Shown here piece by piece: positions 22,473 through 31,029 of a stretch of DNA of 36,473 bases. The notes beneath the pieces were generated by a model that made no database searches, was not told the DNA's origin, and saw nothing but the letters and a program-made list of their open reading frames with translations. A program made the position numbers and the translations under genes. The stretch is from positions 1-36,473 of the IMG/VR virus record IMGVR_UViG_3300012346_000047, one strand, 5' to 3'. Within the stretch, counting starts at the first letter, position 1; every line of letters starts with the position of its first letter. The stretch is from a virus (lineage: Duplodnaviria > Caudoviricetes).

Positions 22473-25400
22473 ACTGCCACCGTATCCAAAGGCTGATCAA
22501 CATCAGTCTTAACAGTAAGACCGCGAACATCCCAATTATCCTGCAATCTTGCGATCTTGCTAGTGTTAACTGCGGTCGCTCTTGCTTCATATCTGAGCAT
22601 TGACATTTCTTCACGCAATGCGCGAATCTCTCCAGCCATGTTGCCACCGATGATATTAGCTGTCTGACTTGCGCTGTACACACGACCGCTTGAATTCAGG
22701 TCAATCAATTCAGGACCTTGCTCACCAACAAGAGCCATACCACCATTGTATTGACCACCGCTTGCAAGAGTCTGAGTTACTGCTACTGTCTTTGCTTGAT
22801 CAATCATTTGTTTAGCAACTGCAATAGCCGCCGCCGCACTAGCGTTTGCAGAAGCGATTGCATTGTCAGCTCTTGTATTAGCCGCATCAATTGCCGCGCC
22901 TGTTGCAGAAGCAATGCTACTAAGTCCGCTTTGCATTGTTGAATCAAGACTAGATATTGCGCTTGTCATTGTCGCTACGCCTGAATCAATCTTGGTCAAT
23001 GAATCAGCAGATGCAACGGCAACTTCCATTTGCGTTACTGCATTAGCCGCATCTTGTTCTTTGATCAAAGTCAGTAAAGCAACTTGAGGGGCGGCTTTAG
23101 CCAACTCTTGCAATGTAATGTTCTGCGTATCTAAGTAGCCTTGCAAATCTGCGAACTGTTGCTGAACAGTAAGCAAGGTTGCAAATTGTTCTTGCCCCAA
23201 TTCTGTATTTACATCAATGCTTTCAAGCAAGTCACGGAAGTCAGCGCGAGTCTGCAATGCCGCGATCTGCGCTTGGCTAAATCCTGCTTTCTCTAAAGAC
23301 TGAACAAGGCTTGCCGCTAAGACGCCTGATTGTTCTTGTTCTGTGTAGTAGTTAGCCATGAAGCCTTGAGCCTTGGCAACCAATTGATCAATGCCACCAA
23401 CAAGATTAGCAACTGCGAGAACTGCGGAATCGCCTGATGCGGCAAGTCCTGCTAATGGACCACCCATCAATGTCAGAACATTTCCTGCCTCAACAAGCTG
23501 TGTTTTGATAACAGCAACTTGATTCAATGTGTTCAATACTTCTTCAAGAGTTGCGCCTTGCTGAAGATTGTCTGTGATGGATTGCGCCCACTCAGGCAAA
23601 CCAATTCCATCAATCATTGAACGCAAATCAGTTGCGATCTTATCTGTAAATTCCTTGAGTCCTGCCTCACCATCGGAGAACTCAAATCCAGGCCATCTAT
23701 CGACACCGCTTGCCCAATCAACAAGAGTCTTGCCGCTTGCAAGAATCTTCAATGCACCCCAAGCACCATCTGCGCTTGAATCATCAGCGAAGCCAAGACC
23801 AACAACAACTTCTTCAGCTTTACCGAAAGCGCGTTGCAATCCATTCAATGTTGTTGAGATGCTTCCTGCCATATCAACAATGCTAGATTGCATTTGCTTA
23901 TTTGTTTCGACAACAAAGTTCAGTTCTGTGCCTGTTGTCGCCATCGCACCTTTTGCACCTGCTGTCGCTGTGCCTCCTGCGTGTAATGTGCCAGAGTCAT
24001 CCAATGATTTAACCAAAGACACCAGAGCCGTTGCCGCCAAGACATAAGGCATCACAGCACCCGCGCCCATACTCAGACCTTGCATCACACCCTGATTAGC
24101 CATGACAGAGTTTGATGCGCCCATCATGTCCATGAATCCCGCACCGCCCATTGTGCCGCTGAAACCAGAGCCGAACAATGAACCCATCTGGCTTGCACCG
24201 CCAAGGATAGAGCCAAACATTCCACCGCCACCACTTGCGGCTCCTGCGGCTGTTGGCATCATGGATGCGAATGCCGCACCGATAGGTGACATGATTGGGC
24301 GAATGATGAATTCAGCAACTGTTGTCTTGAACTTATTTTTAATGAAGCTCAAGATGTTGTCAACAAATCCCTTGCCTGATTCAAAGCCACGCATCAAAGC
24401 ATCGGTCAAACCTTCTGTGATAGATGTTGCCGCTTTTTCCCAAGCGTCTTGCGCATCCTTCGCGGCTTTGACACCAATGCCCTTATCTTTGGCATCTGCC
24501 AATTCTCTCAATGCTTTAGCTTGGTCGCGGTAAGTGTTTGCAACATCAGGATTAATTTCTTCCATGATTGTTGCAAGACGATCTGCTGAGATAGCTTGAT
24601 CGCGTAACTTTTCAATTGCCAACAGAGCTACTGCATCAGCACCTAGTTCCATTGCGGCATTAGATTCTTTTTGCTTTTCTACTTCATCTTCAATTGATTT
24701 AGTCTTTTTGACCAATGCGTCATAGACAGCAAGATTTGATTTTGCAGATTCATCAAGAATATCTTTTTCTAACTTTGCCAACGCAATCGCATCTTCAGTA
24801 GCCTTCATTGTTTTTAGCTTACCGAATAAATTTTCTTGCTGTGATTTTGTCAGCTTCAGAGTACCTGCTTCAAGATCATTTGTGTATTTGATCTCTAGCT
24901 TCTGTGACTCTGTTAGCTTCTCTGTTGAATCTACTTCCGCTGTGTTCAGCGCAATCTTTTCATCAATTGAATTCATCAGCTTGAGGTACGCATCCTCTTG
25001 CTTCTTCAATTCATCAGTTTGCTTTTTTGTGGCATCGCTTACATAAGGAGCTTGCTGTTTTGTTGCCGCTGTGATCGCGGTCATTGTAGAAACTGCTGTG
25101 CTTCCGTTTGCGTTCCAAGCCTTATCAACTTCTTCCAATGCAGAAGTCCAATTCGTTTTCATGCGATTAGACCATTCTGTGCCTAACTTCATCGCACCCT
25201 GAATGTCGCCAGTCATCACCGCATAGATTTGTCGACCCGCTGTGTAAAGCGTATCAACCATTGTTTCCACAGCTTCGTATACAAGAACGACAGCAATGTA
25301 TAAACCCTTGAGTCCAATAGACAAGCCTTCAGCGATGCGCTTCAGACGATCGCCTTCTGTCATGCTTGCAAAGAATTGATCTGCAAGACCTTCAAGAGTT

Positions 25401-26104
25401 GGCAACAAGTCTGCCGCGACTTGCATTGAAATTCCCTTGAAGCCTTGACCCATCAAATCCAATGTGTCATTGAACTTCTCTGCTCTTGCGGCAGTCTCTG
25501 CTGTCAATGTCAATCCAAGTTTGCGAGCCATCTCATCAAACTGGTCTAAGCTATCAGAACCAGCGTTCAACAATGGGATAAGGTCAGCACCCGCTCTTCC
25601 AAACAATTGAACAGCAAGCGCAGTCTTAGATGCGCCATCTTCGTATAACTTGAATTTGTCTGCAACTTCTCCAAGAACTTGGCGAGTAGATTTCAGCGTG
25701 CCATCAGTGTTGCGCGTGTTGATGTTCATTGCAACAAGCGCGTCATTGCCATTCGCAATAGCGACAGACAACTTGCTCATGCTTGTTTGTAGCGCACCGC
25801 CCTCGATACCCGCCTGTCTAAATGCAAGTTGAAGTCCTGCAACATCTTTGACAGCGACACCAATCTTCTGCGCCATCTTATTGGTTTCGTCTGCGGCATC
25901 GATCGCGCTACGAATCCATCCAGTAAATGCGGCAACAGACAAGCCAACGCCAATCGCACCCAATGCAGTAGCCGCCATGTTTGCGGATTTCTGAATTGAT
26001 TGCATCGCACCCGCAACTGTGTTCTTGGCCTTCTCCATATCTTGTTGGAGTCGAACAATGTTCGCCGCCATCTCGATCGTCAATTGCCCGACTGTTGTTG
26101 CCAT
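22469..26104 (-). CDS. Tail tape measure protein
   Basis: 1211 aa, Ala-rich helical, C-terminal LASGG..VGEQGPEL; follows the chaperones. Confidence 0.95.
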   Translation of the reverse strand: MATTVGQLTIEMAANIVRLQQDMEKAKNTVAGAMQSIQKSANMAATALGAIGVGLSVAAFTGWIRSAIDAADETNKMAQKIGVAVKDVAGLQLAFRQAGIEGGALQTSMSKLSVAIANGNDALVAMNINTRNTDGTLKSTRQVLGEVADKFKLYEDGASKTALAVQLFGRAGADLIPLLNAGSDSLDQFDEMARKLGLTLTAETAARAEKFNDTLDLMGQGFKGISMQVAADLLPTLEGLADQFFASMTEGDRLKRIAEGLSIGLKGLYIAVVLVYEAVETMVDTLYTAGRQIYAVMTGDIQGAMKLGTEWSNRMKTNWTSALEEVDKAWNANGSTAVSTMTAITAATKQQAPYVSDATKKQTDELKKQEDAYLKLMNSIDEKIALNTAEVDSTEKLTESQKLEIKYTNDLEAGTLKLTKSQQENLFGKLKTMKATEDAIALAKLEKDILDESAKSNLAVYDALVKKTKSIEDEVEKQKESNAAMELGADAVALLAIEKLRDQAISADRLATIMEEINPDVANTYRDQAKALRELADAKDKGIGVKAAKDAQDAWEKAATSITEGLTDALMRGFESGKGFVDNILSFIKNKFKTTVAEFIIRPIMSPIGAAFASMMPTAAGAASGGGGMFGSILGGASQMGSLFGSGFSGTMGGAGFMDMMGASNSVMANQGVMQGLSMGAGAVMPYVLAATALVSLVKSLDDSGTLHAGGTATAGAKGAMATTGTELNFVVETNKQMQSSIVDMAGSISTTLNGLQRAFGKAEEVVVGLGFADDSSADGAWGALKILASGKTLVDWASGVDRWPGFEFSDGEAGLKEFTDKIATDLRSMIDGIGLPEWAQSITDNLQQGATLEEVLNTLNQVAVIKTQLVEAGNVLTLMGGPLAGLAASGDSAVLAVANLVGGIDQLVAKAQGFMANYYTEQEQSGVLAASLVQSLEKAGFSQAQIAALQTRADFRDLLESIDVNTELGQEQFATLLTVQQQFADLQGYLDTQNITLQELAKAAPQVALLTLIKEQDAANAVTQMEVAVASADSLTKIDSGVATMTSAISSLDSTMQSGLSSIASATGAAIDAANTRADNAIASANASAAAAIAVAKQMIDQAKTVAVTQTLASGGQYNGGMALVGEQGPELIDLNSSGRVYSASQTANIIGGNMAGEIRALREEMSMLRYEARATAVNTSKIARLQDNWDVRGLTVKTDVDQPLDTVAV

Positions 26105-26107
26105 GAC

Positions 26108-26590
26108 TTACCTTTTCGCCTGAATGAACGCCTTGAAAGCGTTGCTGACTTTTTTGCTAACGATAGTTCTGTCGAACTCGTTTACTGGATCACCGTATGG
26201 TGGCTTGCACTCTGGCTTCTCGCTCTCTTTGGCTTGCATCAAATATGCCTGTGACATTTGTTTGATCGCCCTGTATTCCCATGCCGAAAGCTCAACGCCT
26301 GTGCATTCCTGCCACGATAAAATCTCTCTCGCTGACAATGGTACTGGACCCATCGCGCCCATCTCTACCATGCCCAAATCTTGCCAATAGGTTATCACAT
26401 ATTCAGCATCACCAACATCAGGTAACATTGGTCTGCCGCCATTTTCCTGAATCTTCTCAGCCCGAGTTAACTCAGTCTGCTTATCAGAATTGGCGACAGA
26501 CTTCTCTTGCTTGGCAATTGGAATTGATCTAAACCATGCCAACTGCCTCGCATACAGAGTTAGCTCTTCGATGATGCCGGAGTAAAATTT
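26108..26590 (-). CDS. Tail assembly chaperone GT, frameshifted C-terminal part
   Basis: -1 frame overlapping the end of G at slippery A AAT TTT (26584-26590). Confidence 0.8.
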   Translation of the reverse strand, partial: KFYSGIIEELTLYARQLAWFRSIPIAKQEKSVANSDKQTELTRAEKIQENGGRPMLPDVGDAEYVITYWQDLGMVEMGAMGPVPLSAREILSWQECTGVELSAWEYRAIKQMSQAYLMQAKESEKPECKPPYGDPVNEFDRTIVSKKVSNAFKAFIQAKR

Positions 26591-26964
26591 GCCCAATCAC
26601 CAACGGCCTTGTTTACTTGCTCAGTAATGAAGCCGATTGCTGAATCGAGATAAGCCGCTTTAAACATCTCAACGCCTTGGTAATCTTTGTAACCAAAGCC
26701 ATTGAAGCTGACGGTGCAAGCGGACAAGAACTCTGCATCAAGTTCACGCTGTTCGCCTTCTTTCATCTTCTTGCCGCCCTTCTTGACATACTCAAGGATG
26801 GCGCGATTACGGATGCTTTGCGCTTTCTGAAATGCTTTACTTCCAGGACCGTACACAGTAATGCTCAATTGATTGCCCTTGGCATCAAGCAAAGCATCGC
26901 CGTCAACTGTTTCCAGTTCAATGATTGCAGTTTCTTTTACTGCGAGTTGTGAAATATCAAACAT
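26560..26964 (-). CDS. Tail assembly chaperone G
   Basis: Between major tail and tape measure genes; start reassigned to MFDISQL (AAAGGA RBS); ends DWANFT. Confidence 0.85.
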   Translation of the reverse strand: MFDISQLAVKETAIIELETVDGDALLDAKGNQLSITVYGPGSKAFQKAQSIRNRAILEYVKKGGKKMKEGEQRELDAEFLSACTVSFNGFGYKDYQGVEMFKAAYLDSAIGFITEQVNKAVGDWANFTPASSKS

Positions 26965-26969
26965 AGTAA

Positions 26970-27069
26970 TCCTTTCGCGGGGAGAGTTATTGCCCTTGCC
27001 CGAGTCAGCCGCACCCCGCGAAGGATGCGAACTGACCCGAGTAGGTGCGCGTGTTGCCATTTACGGCAA
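26970..27069 (-). promoter_or_regulatory. Structured intergenic leader of the chaperone gene
   Basis: Long hairpin 27001-27039 whose apex (27014-27025) is complementary to the RBS-containing 26970-26982. Confidence 0.6.
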
Positions 27070-27073
27070 TTGA

Positions 27074-27550
27074 TTAAGCGGCCAGAGATTCAACAATACC
27101 AACTCCTGCGGCATTGGTAGTGATTTCCAATGTAGCAGTAGCAGTAGTGATTGAGTCAACAGAGCCAACGCCTACCTTCCAAGACATAACCTTAGAACGG
27201 AAGAAGTATTTGTCACCATTTTGTGTGGTGACCATGAACGAATAGTCATTATCAGAAAGGCTTGCGGCCTTCATGATGATCTGACCTGCGTCATCTGTGT
27301 CCAAGCCCAAAGACAAAGACATAGTGCCTTCGTTGAATGAGCCTTTGAATTTCTGTGTGCCACGCGAGCCAACAGGCATATGCGTGACCAAAGCAAACTC
27401 ACGGCCAAACTCGCCCAAGTCGGTGATTTCACCAACGAGTGCGGGAGTGGGAGATGCTGTGAACAGAGTTGTATAGCCGGAGCTATCGTATGTTGCGGGT
27501 GCGGATGCAGTGACTCGGAGTGTCGTCCCTGCGGATGTGCGGACTGTCAT
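27074..27550 (-). CDS. Major tail tube protein
   Basis: VGEITDLGEFGREFALVTH..KFKGSFNEG..DDAGQ; position after the tail terminator. Confidence 0.88.
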   Translation of the reverse strand: MTVRTSAGTTLRVTASAPATYDSSGYTTLFTASPTPALVGEITDLGEFGREFALVTHMPVGSRGTQKFKGSFNEGTMSLSLGLDTDDAGQIIMKAASLSDNDYSFMVTTQNGDKYFFRSKVMSWKVGVGSVDSITTATATLEITTNAAGVGIVESLAA

Positions 27551-27567
27551 GGTCTTTCCTCTCGGTT

Positions 27568-27592
27568 AAAAAAAGCCCACAGGGATGCGGGC
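27568..27592 (-). terminator. Intrinsic terminator upstream of the major tail gene
   Basis: GCCCGC-ATCCCT-GTGGGC followed by T7. Confidence 0.7.
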
Positions 27593-27629
27593 AGAATTTT
27601 CAAGCAATTGCCTGAAACTGTTTTGTGCC

Positions 27630-28028
27630 TCACTCATAGTAAGACACCAAATAATCAGCGGATTGTGTCCATGTACCAGTATCTAAATCTTTTTCGGCTG
27701 AACCGAATAAATCTAGGCGGCTACTGATAACGGTCTTACCCGCGAAAGTCTGTTGTAATTTGAAATCCATCGCCAAGCGAACCTGATCATGGATGGCCTT
27801 CACTTCGGCCATTGTCTTTGCAAGCGGATTGATCTGCACTCTTGCTCTCGCCATTTGGCGTTCCACGCTGTAATGCAAATGTGGCAATGGGACAGCATCA
27901 ATGATTGTGTAAACGAGCGCAGGGAAGGCCGTGTTCTGCGGCAATTGCGACATCGCCTTGCGTGTGCTGACCAATGCCGTGATACCTGAGGTGTTCAGCA
28001 TTGCGGCAATTATGAGTTCTGGATTCAT
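27630..28028 (-). CDS. Tail terminator/completion protein (DUF3168-like)
   Basis: LPQNTAFPALVY..ARVQI; position. Confidence 0.8.
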   Translation of the reverse strand: MNPELIIAAMLNTSGITALVSTRKAMSQLPQNTAFPALVYTIIDAVPLPHLHYSVERQMARARVQINPLAKTMAEVKAIHDQVRLAMDFKLQQTFAGKTVISSRLDLFGSAEKDLDTGTWTQSADYLVSYYE

Positions 28029-28540
28029 GTTGATTTAATAATCTCGCGTCCAATTCGCATACGGACATAATCCGCAACTTCCTCAATCACTTCTCTCGTA
28101 CCACCATCAAAAGCCCTGCGCATAAAACCAGTAGGCCTCACACCCTCATGTACCGCAGACTCTGTGAATACATCACCGAATTTCATTGCCTTGCGGTTCT
28201 TAGGCTCTATCTTATATGGTGCGCCAACAGTTCGGCCATTACCTTCGTAAAAAGATGCTGTCCCGAACTCAACAAACTTAGCATAGAAGGCATCTCCGCC
28301 TCCCGCAACGATCTGCGATACCGCCTTGCCTTTGCGCAAAGTTGTCTTAACTTTGATGCTCTTTTTCAATTTGCCTGTTTTTCCAACAGGAGCGTTCGCT
28401 CTTGCCCTGTCACGATAAACATTTGCGCCCTGACGCAATGCGCCACGCATGATATTTGCCTCGATCTTGGCGGGTAGCTCATCCAACATTTTTTGTAAGT
28501 CAGATAAACCTTGAACCGTCACCAACTGATCATTGGCCAT
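28025..28540 (-). CDS. HK97 gp10-like tail component
   Basis: GLSDL..APVGKTGKLKKSI..FYAKFVEFGT..FMRRAFD. Confidence 0.9.
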   Translation of the reverse strand: MANDQLVTVQGLSDLQKMLDELPAKIEANIMRGALRQGANVYRDRARANAPVGKTGKLKKSIKVKTTLRKGKAVSQIVAGGGDAFYAKFVEFGTASFYEGNGRTVGAPYKIEPKNRKAMKFGDVFTESAVHEGVRPTGFMRRAFDGGTREVIEEVADYVRMRIGREIIKST

Positions 28541-28880
28541 CTAGACTGCCCTCTGTGCAATCAAAGATGATTGTCTTGTCAGCTTCATCAACATTCCAAG
28601 ATGCTGTGATGTTGAAAATGCGTGTGCCGAACAAGATGCGCCATGCGTCAGCCGTTGTTGATGGCAAGAACAAAGTTGAATATCTGACTGTCACCTGATG
28701 CGTCAACTGGGATTCCACAACCATTGCGTTCGTGCGCATTTTTTCACGGCCACTCAAAGGCTTCACTTCTGCCCATACTGTGCCAATATCTGTCCAAGAA
28801 TTGATCTCTTGACCATAGGCATCAAGCGTAGCACTCCTACGCTGAATAGTAATGCGCTGTTGAAGTTTGGAGATTCTCAT
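28530..28880 (-). CDS. Head closure / head-tail adaptor (SPP1 gp16-like)
   Basis: LQQRITIQ..DAYG..WAEVKPLSGRE..VTVRY. Confidence 0.9.
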   Translation of the reverse strand: MRISKLQQRITIQRRSATLDAYGQEINSWTDIGTVWAEVKPLSGREKMRTNAMVVESQLTHQVTVRYSTLFLPSTTADAWRILFGTRIFNITASWNVDEADKTIIFDCTEGSLDGQ

Positions 28881-29494
28881 TACGCGCCCATATTGATGCG
28901 GTGAGGCGTCATCAGATGAATCATGCCGTATGGGATTGGTGTAACTAAGTTACCAATATTGATGGCTTCGCGATTTTCATAAAGTTCACCAATGTACAAG
29001 AGCATGGCTTGCTTCAAGGCTTCAGGCATTGGGTAATCATTTGGACTTCCAACTGTGAATCCTGCGGCAAAGCGAACGATGACAGCATTTGGAATTTGTT
29101 TAGCTTGCGGCCAAATGGTCACAGGATAAATCTTCGCAGGATTGCTATATGAATCAAAGATGTATTGATTTGCATTGAGCGTCTGCGTTGTGCCGTTTGT
29201 GTCTGTGTATGTGATGCTTGTGATTGAATTGATTGGATATGTTCCCAACTCAATTTCGTTTGCAGGGAATTCATCAAGAGCCATGGCGTATGTTGTTGGT
29301 GCAACGGTCAACTCTGTGTATGCCTCAACTGCCTCACGCGCTGTCTTAATCAATGATGTGACTAGAGCATCGTCAGGATGGCTTGGCGGTGAGCCAACGG
29401 CATCAAGACGCAAATGCAAACGCGCTGTCGCCAATGTGATCGGCTCAGTCGTTACAACTGCTGTGCGCTTAATCTTCCGAACTAATTGAGTCAT
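28880..29494 (-). CDS. Head-tail connector (HK97 gp6 / phiE125 gp8-like)
   Basis: EPITLATARLHLRLD..DDALV..LKQAMLLYIGELYENRE. Confidence 0.9.
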   Translation of the reverse strand: MTQLVRKIKRTAVVTTEPITLATARLHLRLDAVGSPPSHPDDALVTSLIKTAREAVEAYTELTVAPTTYAMALDEFPANEIELGTYPINSITSITYTDTNGTTQTLNANQYIFDSYSNPAKIYPVTIWPQAKQIPNAVIVRFAAGFTVGSPNDYPMPEALKQAMLLYIGELYENREAINIGNLVTPIPYGMIHLMTPHRINMGA

Positions 29495-30188
29495 TTATTT
29501 TTCCCTCTGGCTTATAAACCAAAGCATCATCACCAATCCACGATTTCAAAATTCTACCGCCAACATCCTTAGTTCCACGGAAATTTTTTGAATGACCAAC
29601 GCCAATTCCTAACCTACCTTCAATCCCTTTGATGCCTATCACCCTTTGGCCGCTGAACAAATGATTATTGCTGTGAGCTTGCCATAGCGTGTGGTCAATA
29701 AATTGAATCGTATCTCTGCATACAGACTTGAATGTTTCCAAGGCTTGTCCGCGAATAGCAGTAGAACATAAACTGCTATGCAAGGTGTTTTCCATCTGCC
29801 TATAAGATTTCTGAGTCAGGTTGTAATAGCGAGCATTTGCTTCGCCAATCAATTCAGCTTTCTCAAATTTCTTATCTATCGTTTCTAGCCAATCAGCCGC
29901 GTACCAATCGTCATCCTCAATAAAGACAACACGCTCGTCACCGCTGATTACATTTATACCCGCACGAAGATTACGCGCTTGCGTATTCATGCCTTTTTGC
30001 CAGTATGGAGTAGGCCGGATAACTTCAAGAGTCCAATTGTTTTTGCTGAATGTGATTGGCTGTGCAATCTCACCATCATCAACAATAATCCAACGAACCT
30101 TTCCTCTGTATGTTTGCCTTGCCATCCACATCTCGCAGATAGCCCACGCCTTCGGTCTTGCGCCTGTTGCGGTCAAAAGGGTCAACAT
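29469..30188 (-). CDS. GT-A fold glycosyltransferase in the head module
   Basis: LLTATGARP..WIIVDDG..FIEDDDWY..D..LW. Confidence 0.8.
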   Translation of the reverse strand: MLTLLTATGARPKAWAICEMWMARQTYRGKVRWIIVDDGEIAQPITFSKNNWTLEVIRPTPYWQKGMNTQARNLRAGINVISGDERVVFIEDDDWYAADWLETIDKKFEKAELIGEANARYYNLTQKSYRQMENTLHSSLCSTAIRGQALETFKSVCRDTIQFIDHTLWQAHSNNHLFSGQRVIGIKGIEGRLGIGVGHSKNFRGTKDVGGRILKSWIGDDALVYKPEGKINDSISSED

Positions 30189-30823
30189 ACTTTTATTGCT
30201 TCCTCAAGCGTCATACGCTCAAAGCAAGTCAGGGCTGTTTCCCTGCTCGCGTTAATCACTCTGACTCCCTCAGCTTGCAAATCAACTGCAAGTTGCGGGA
30301 ATTTGGCTTGCCACATTTTGAATGGCTGACTCGCTGTCAATCCTGCGCCATGTTGTCCAAACCAATGCGCCTCGCCTTTCGGAGAAGCTGTGCAATCCAA
30401 TCCTAGCAGAACAATTGTCTTTGCACCCCATAGGTATGCAAGATTGATTGCCTGATAGCCGCTGTTGCCACCTTGATGGATTACGCCATCAACTCCGAGT
30501 CCTGCTTTGTTTTCAGAACCGATGCGGTTGATTTTGAACCTCGTGGCCGCCCTCTCGTCTTGCGTCCAACACTCGCCTCTGTAATCTGCGCTGACTCGCT
30601 CGTAGTGGACATTCCACCATTGTTCATCACAGGCATAGAGGCAATCTGCAAATGGCGCTCTGCGATAGCTGTCATTGACAGCAATGGTCGCCCATCCTTG
30701 GTCTCCAACGAGGTTGCAATCTTCCTCGGTGAGACTCGGTCCGCTTGCAACAATACAGGCGACACGCCCTGCCCAACGACCTGCGGAACGGTCAAAGAGC
30801 CTCTTTGTGCGGTCGCCACTCTG
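30182..30823 (-). CDS. Start-less glycosyltransferase-like domain (DUF115/MAF/sialyltransferase-like), probably translated by -1 frameshift from the upstream gene
   Basis: Frame open 30862-30182 with no ATG/GTG/TTG until 30400. It reads WAGRVACIVASGPSL..IAVNDSY..ADCLYACDEQWW..GGNSGYQAINLAYLWGAKTIVLLGLDC..HWFGQH..VINASRETALTCF. Confidence 0.8.
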   Translation of the reverse strand, partial: QSGDRTKRLFDRSAGRWAGRVACIVASGPSLTEEDCNLVGDQGWATIAVNDSYRRAPFADCLYACDEQWWNVHYERVSADYRGECWTQDERAATRFKINRIGSENKAGLGVDGVIHQGGNSGYQAINLAYLWGAKTIVLLGLDCTASPKGEAHWFGQHGAGLTASQPFKMWQAKFPQLAVDLQAEGVRVINASRETALTCFERMTLEEAIKVC

Positions 30824-30963
30824 GGGTTTAGGATTTGCACCAAACCAATTGATTCCAAATCGTCAGCTACAACTGACGGCACTTTGAGGCGCATCTTTTT
30901 GCTCACGCTACCAATGCGTGAATCATCAAAGTGAGCTAGTGCAATTATTTCTACTAATTCCAT
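30481..30963 (-). CDS. Small post-capsid protein (zero-frame product) with basic RGRPR tail
   Basis: Compact N-terminal ~45 aa (VEIIALAHF..G..VPSVVADDLESIGLV) and a disordered tail containing GRKTRGRPRGSK. Confidence 0.65.
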   Translation of the reverse strand: MELVEIIALAHFDDSRIGSVSKKMRLKVPSVVADDLESIGLVQILNPRVATAQRGSLTVPQVVGQGVSPVLLQADRVSPRKIATSLETKDGRPLLSMTAIAERHLQIASMPVMNNGGMSTTSESAQITEASVGRKTRGRPRGSKSTASVLKTKQDSELMA

Positions 30964-30995
30964 CGCGGGGTTTATTTCAGTTTTAGTATAAATAA

Positions 30996-31023
30996 TGCCC
31001 CCATGCTCGAAAGCACAGGGGCA
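30996..31023 (-). terminator. Hairpin / weak terminator after the capsid gene
   Basis: 12-bp stem TGCCCCTGTGCT-TTCG-AGCATGGGGGCA followed by TTATTT. Confidence 0.65.
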
Positions 31024-31029
31024 AGCTCT

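Noticed and set aside
1582-27060. Long N-terminal extensions in the track (starts 2364, 3832, 5409, 5652, 5875, 6530, 7276, 8965, 9660, 9997, 11881, 13268, 18439, 27060)
   Set aside because: They overlap upstream genes or structured spacers; downstream ATGs have RBSs or ATGA coupling and match domain starts.
30182-30400. 72-aa stand-alone ORF from the track
   Set aside because: Its TTG start lies inside the LLGLD motif; conserved-looking sequence continues about 125 codons upstream in frame.
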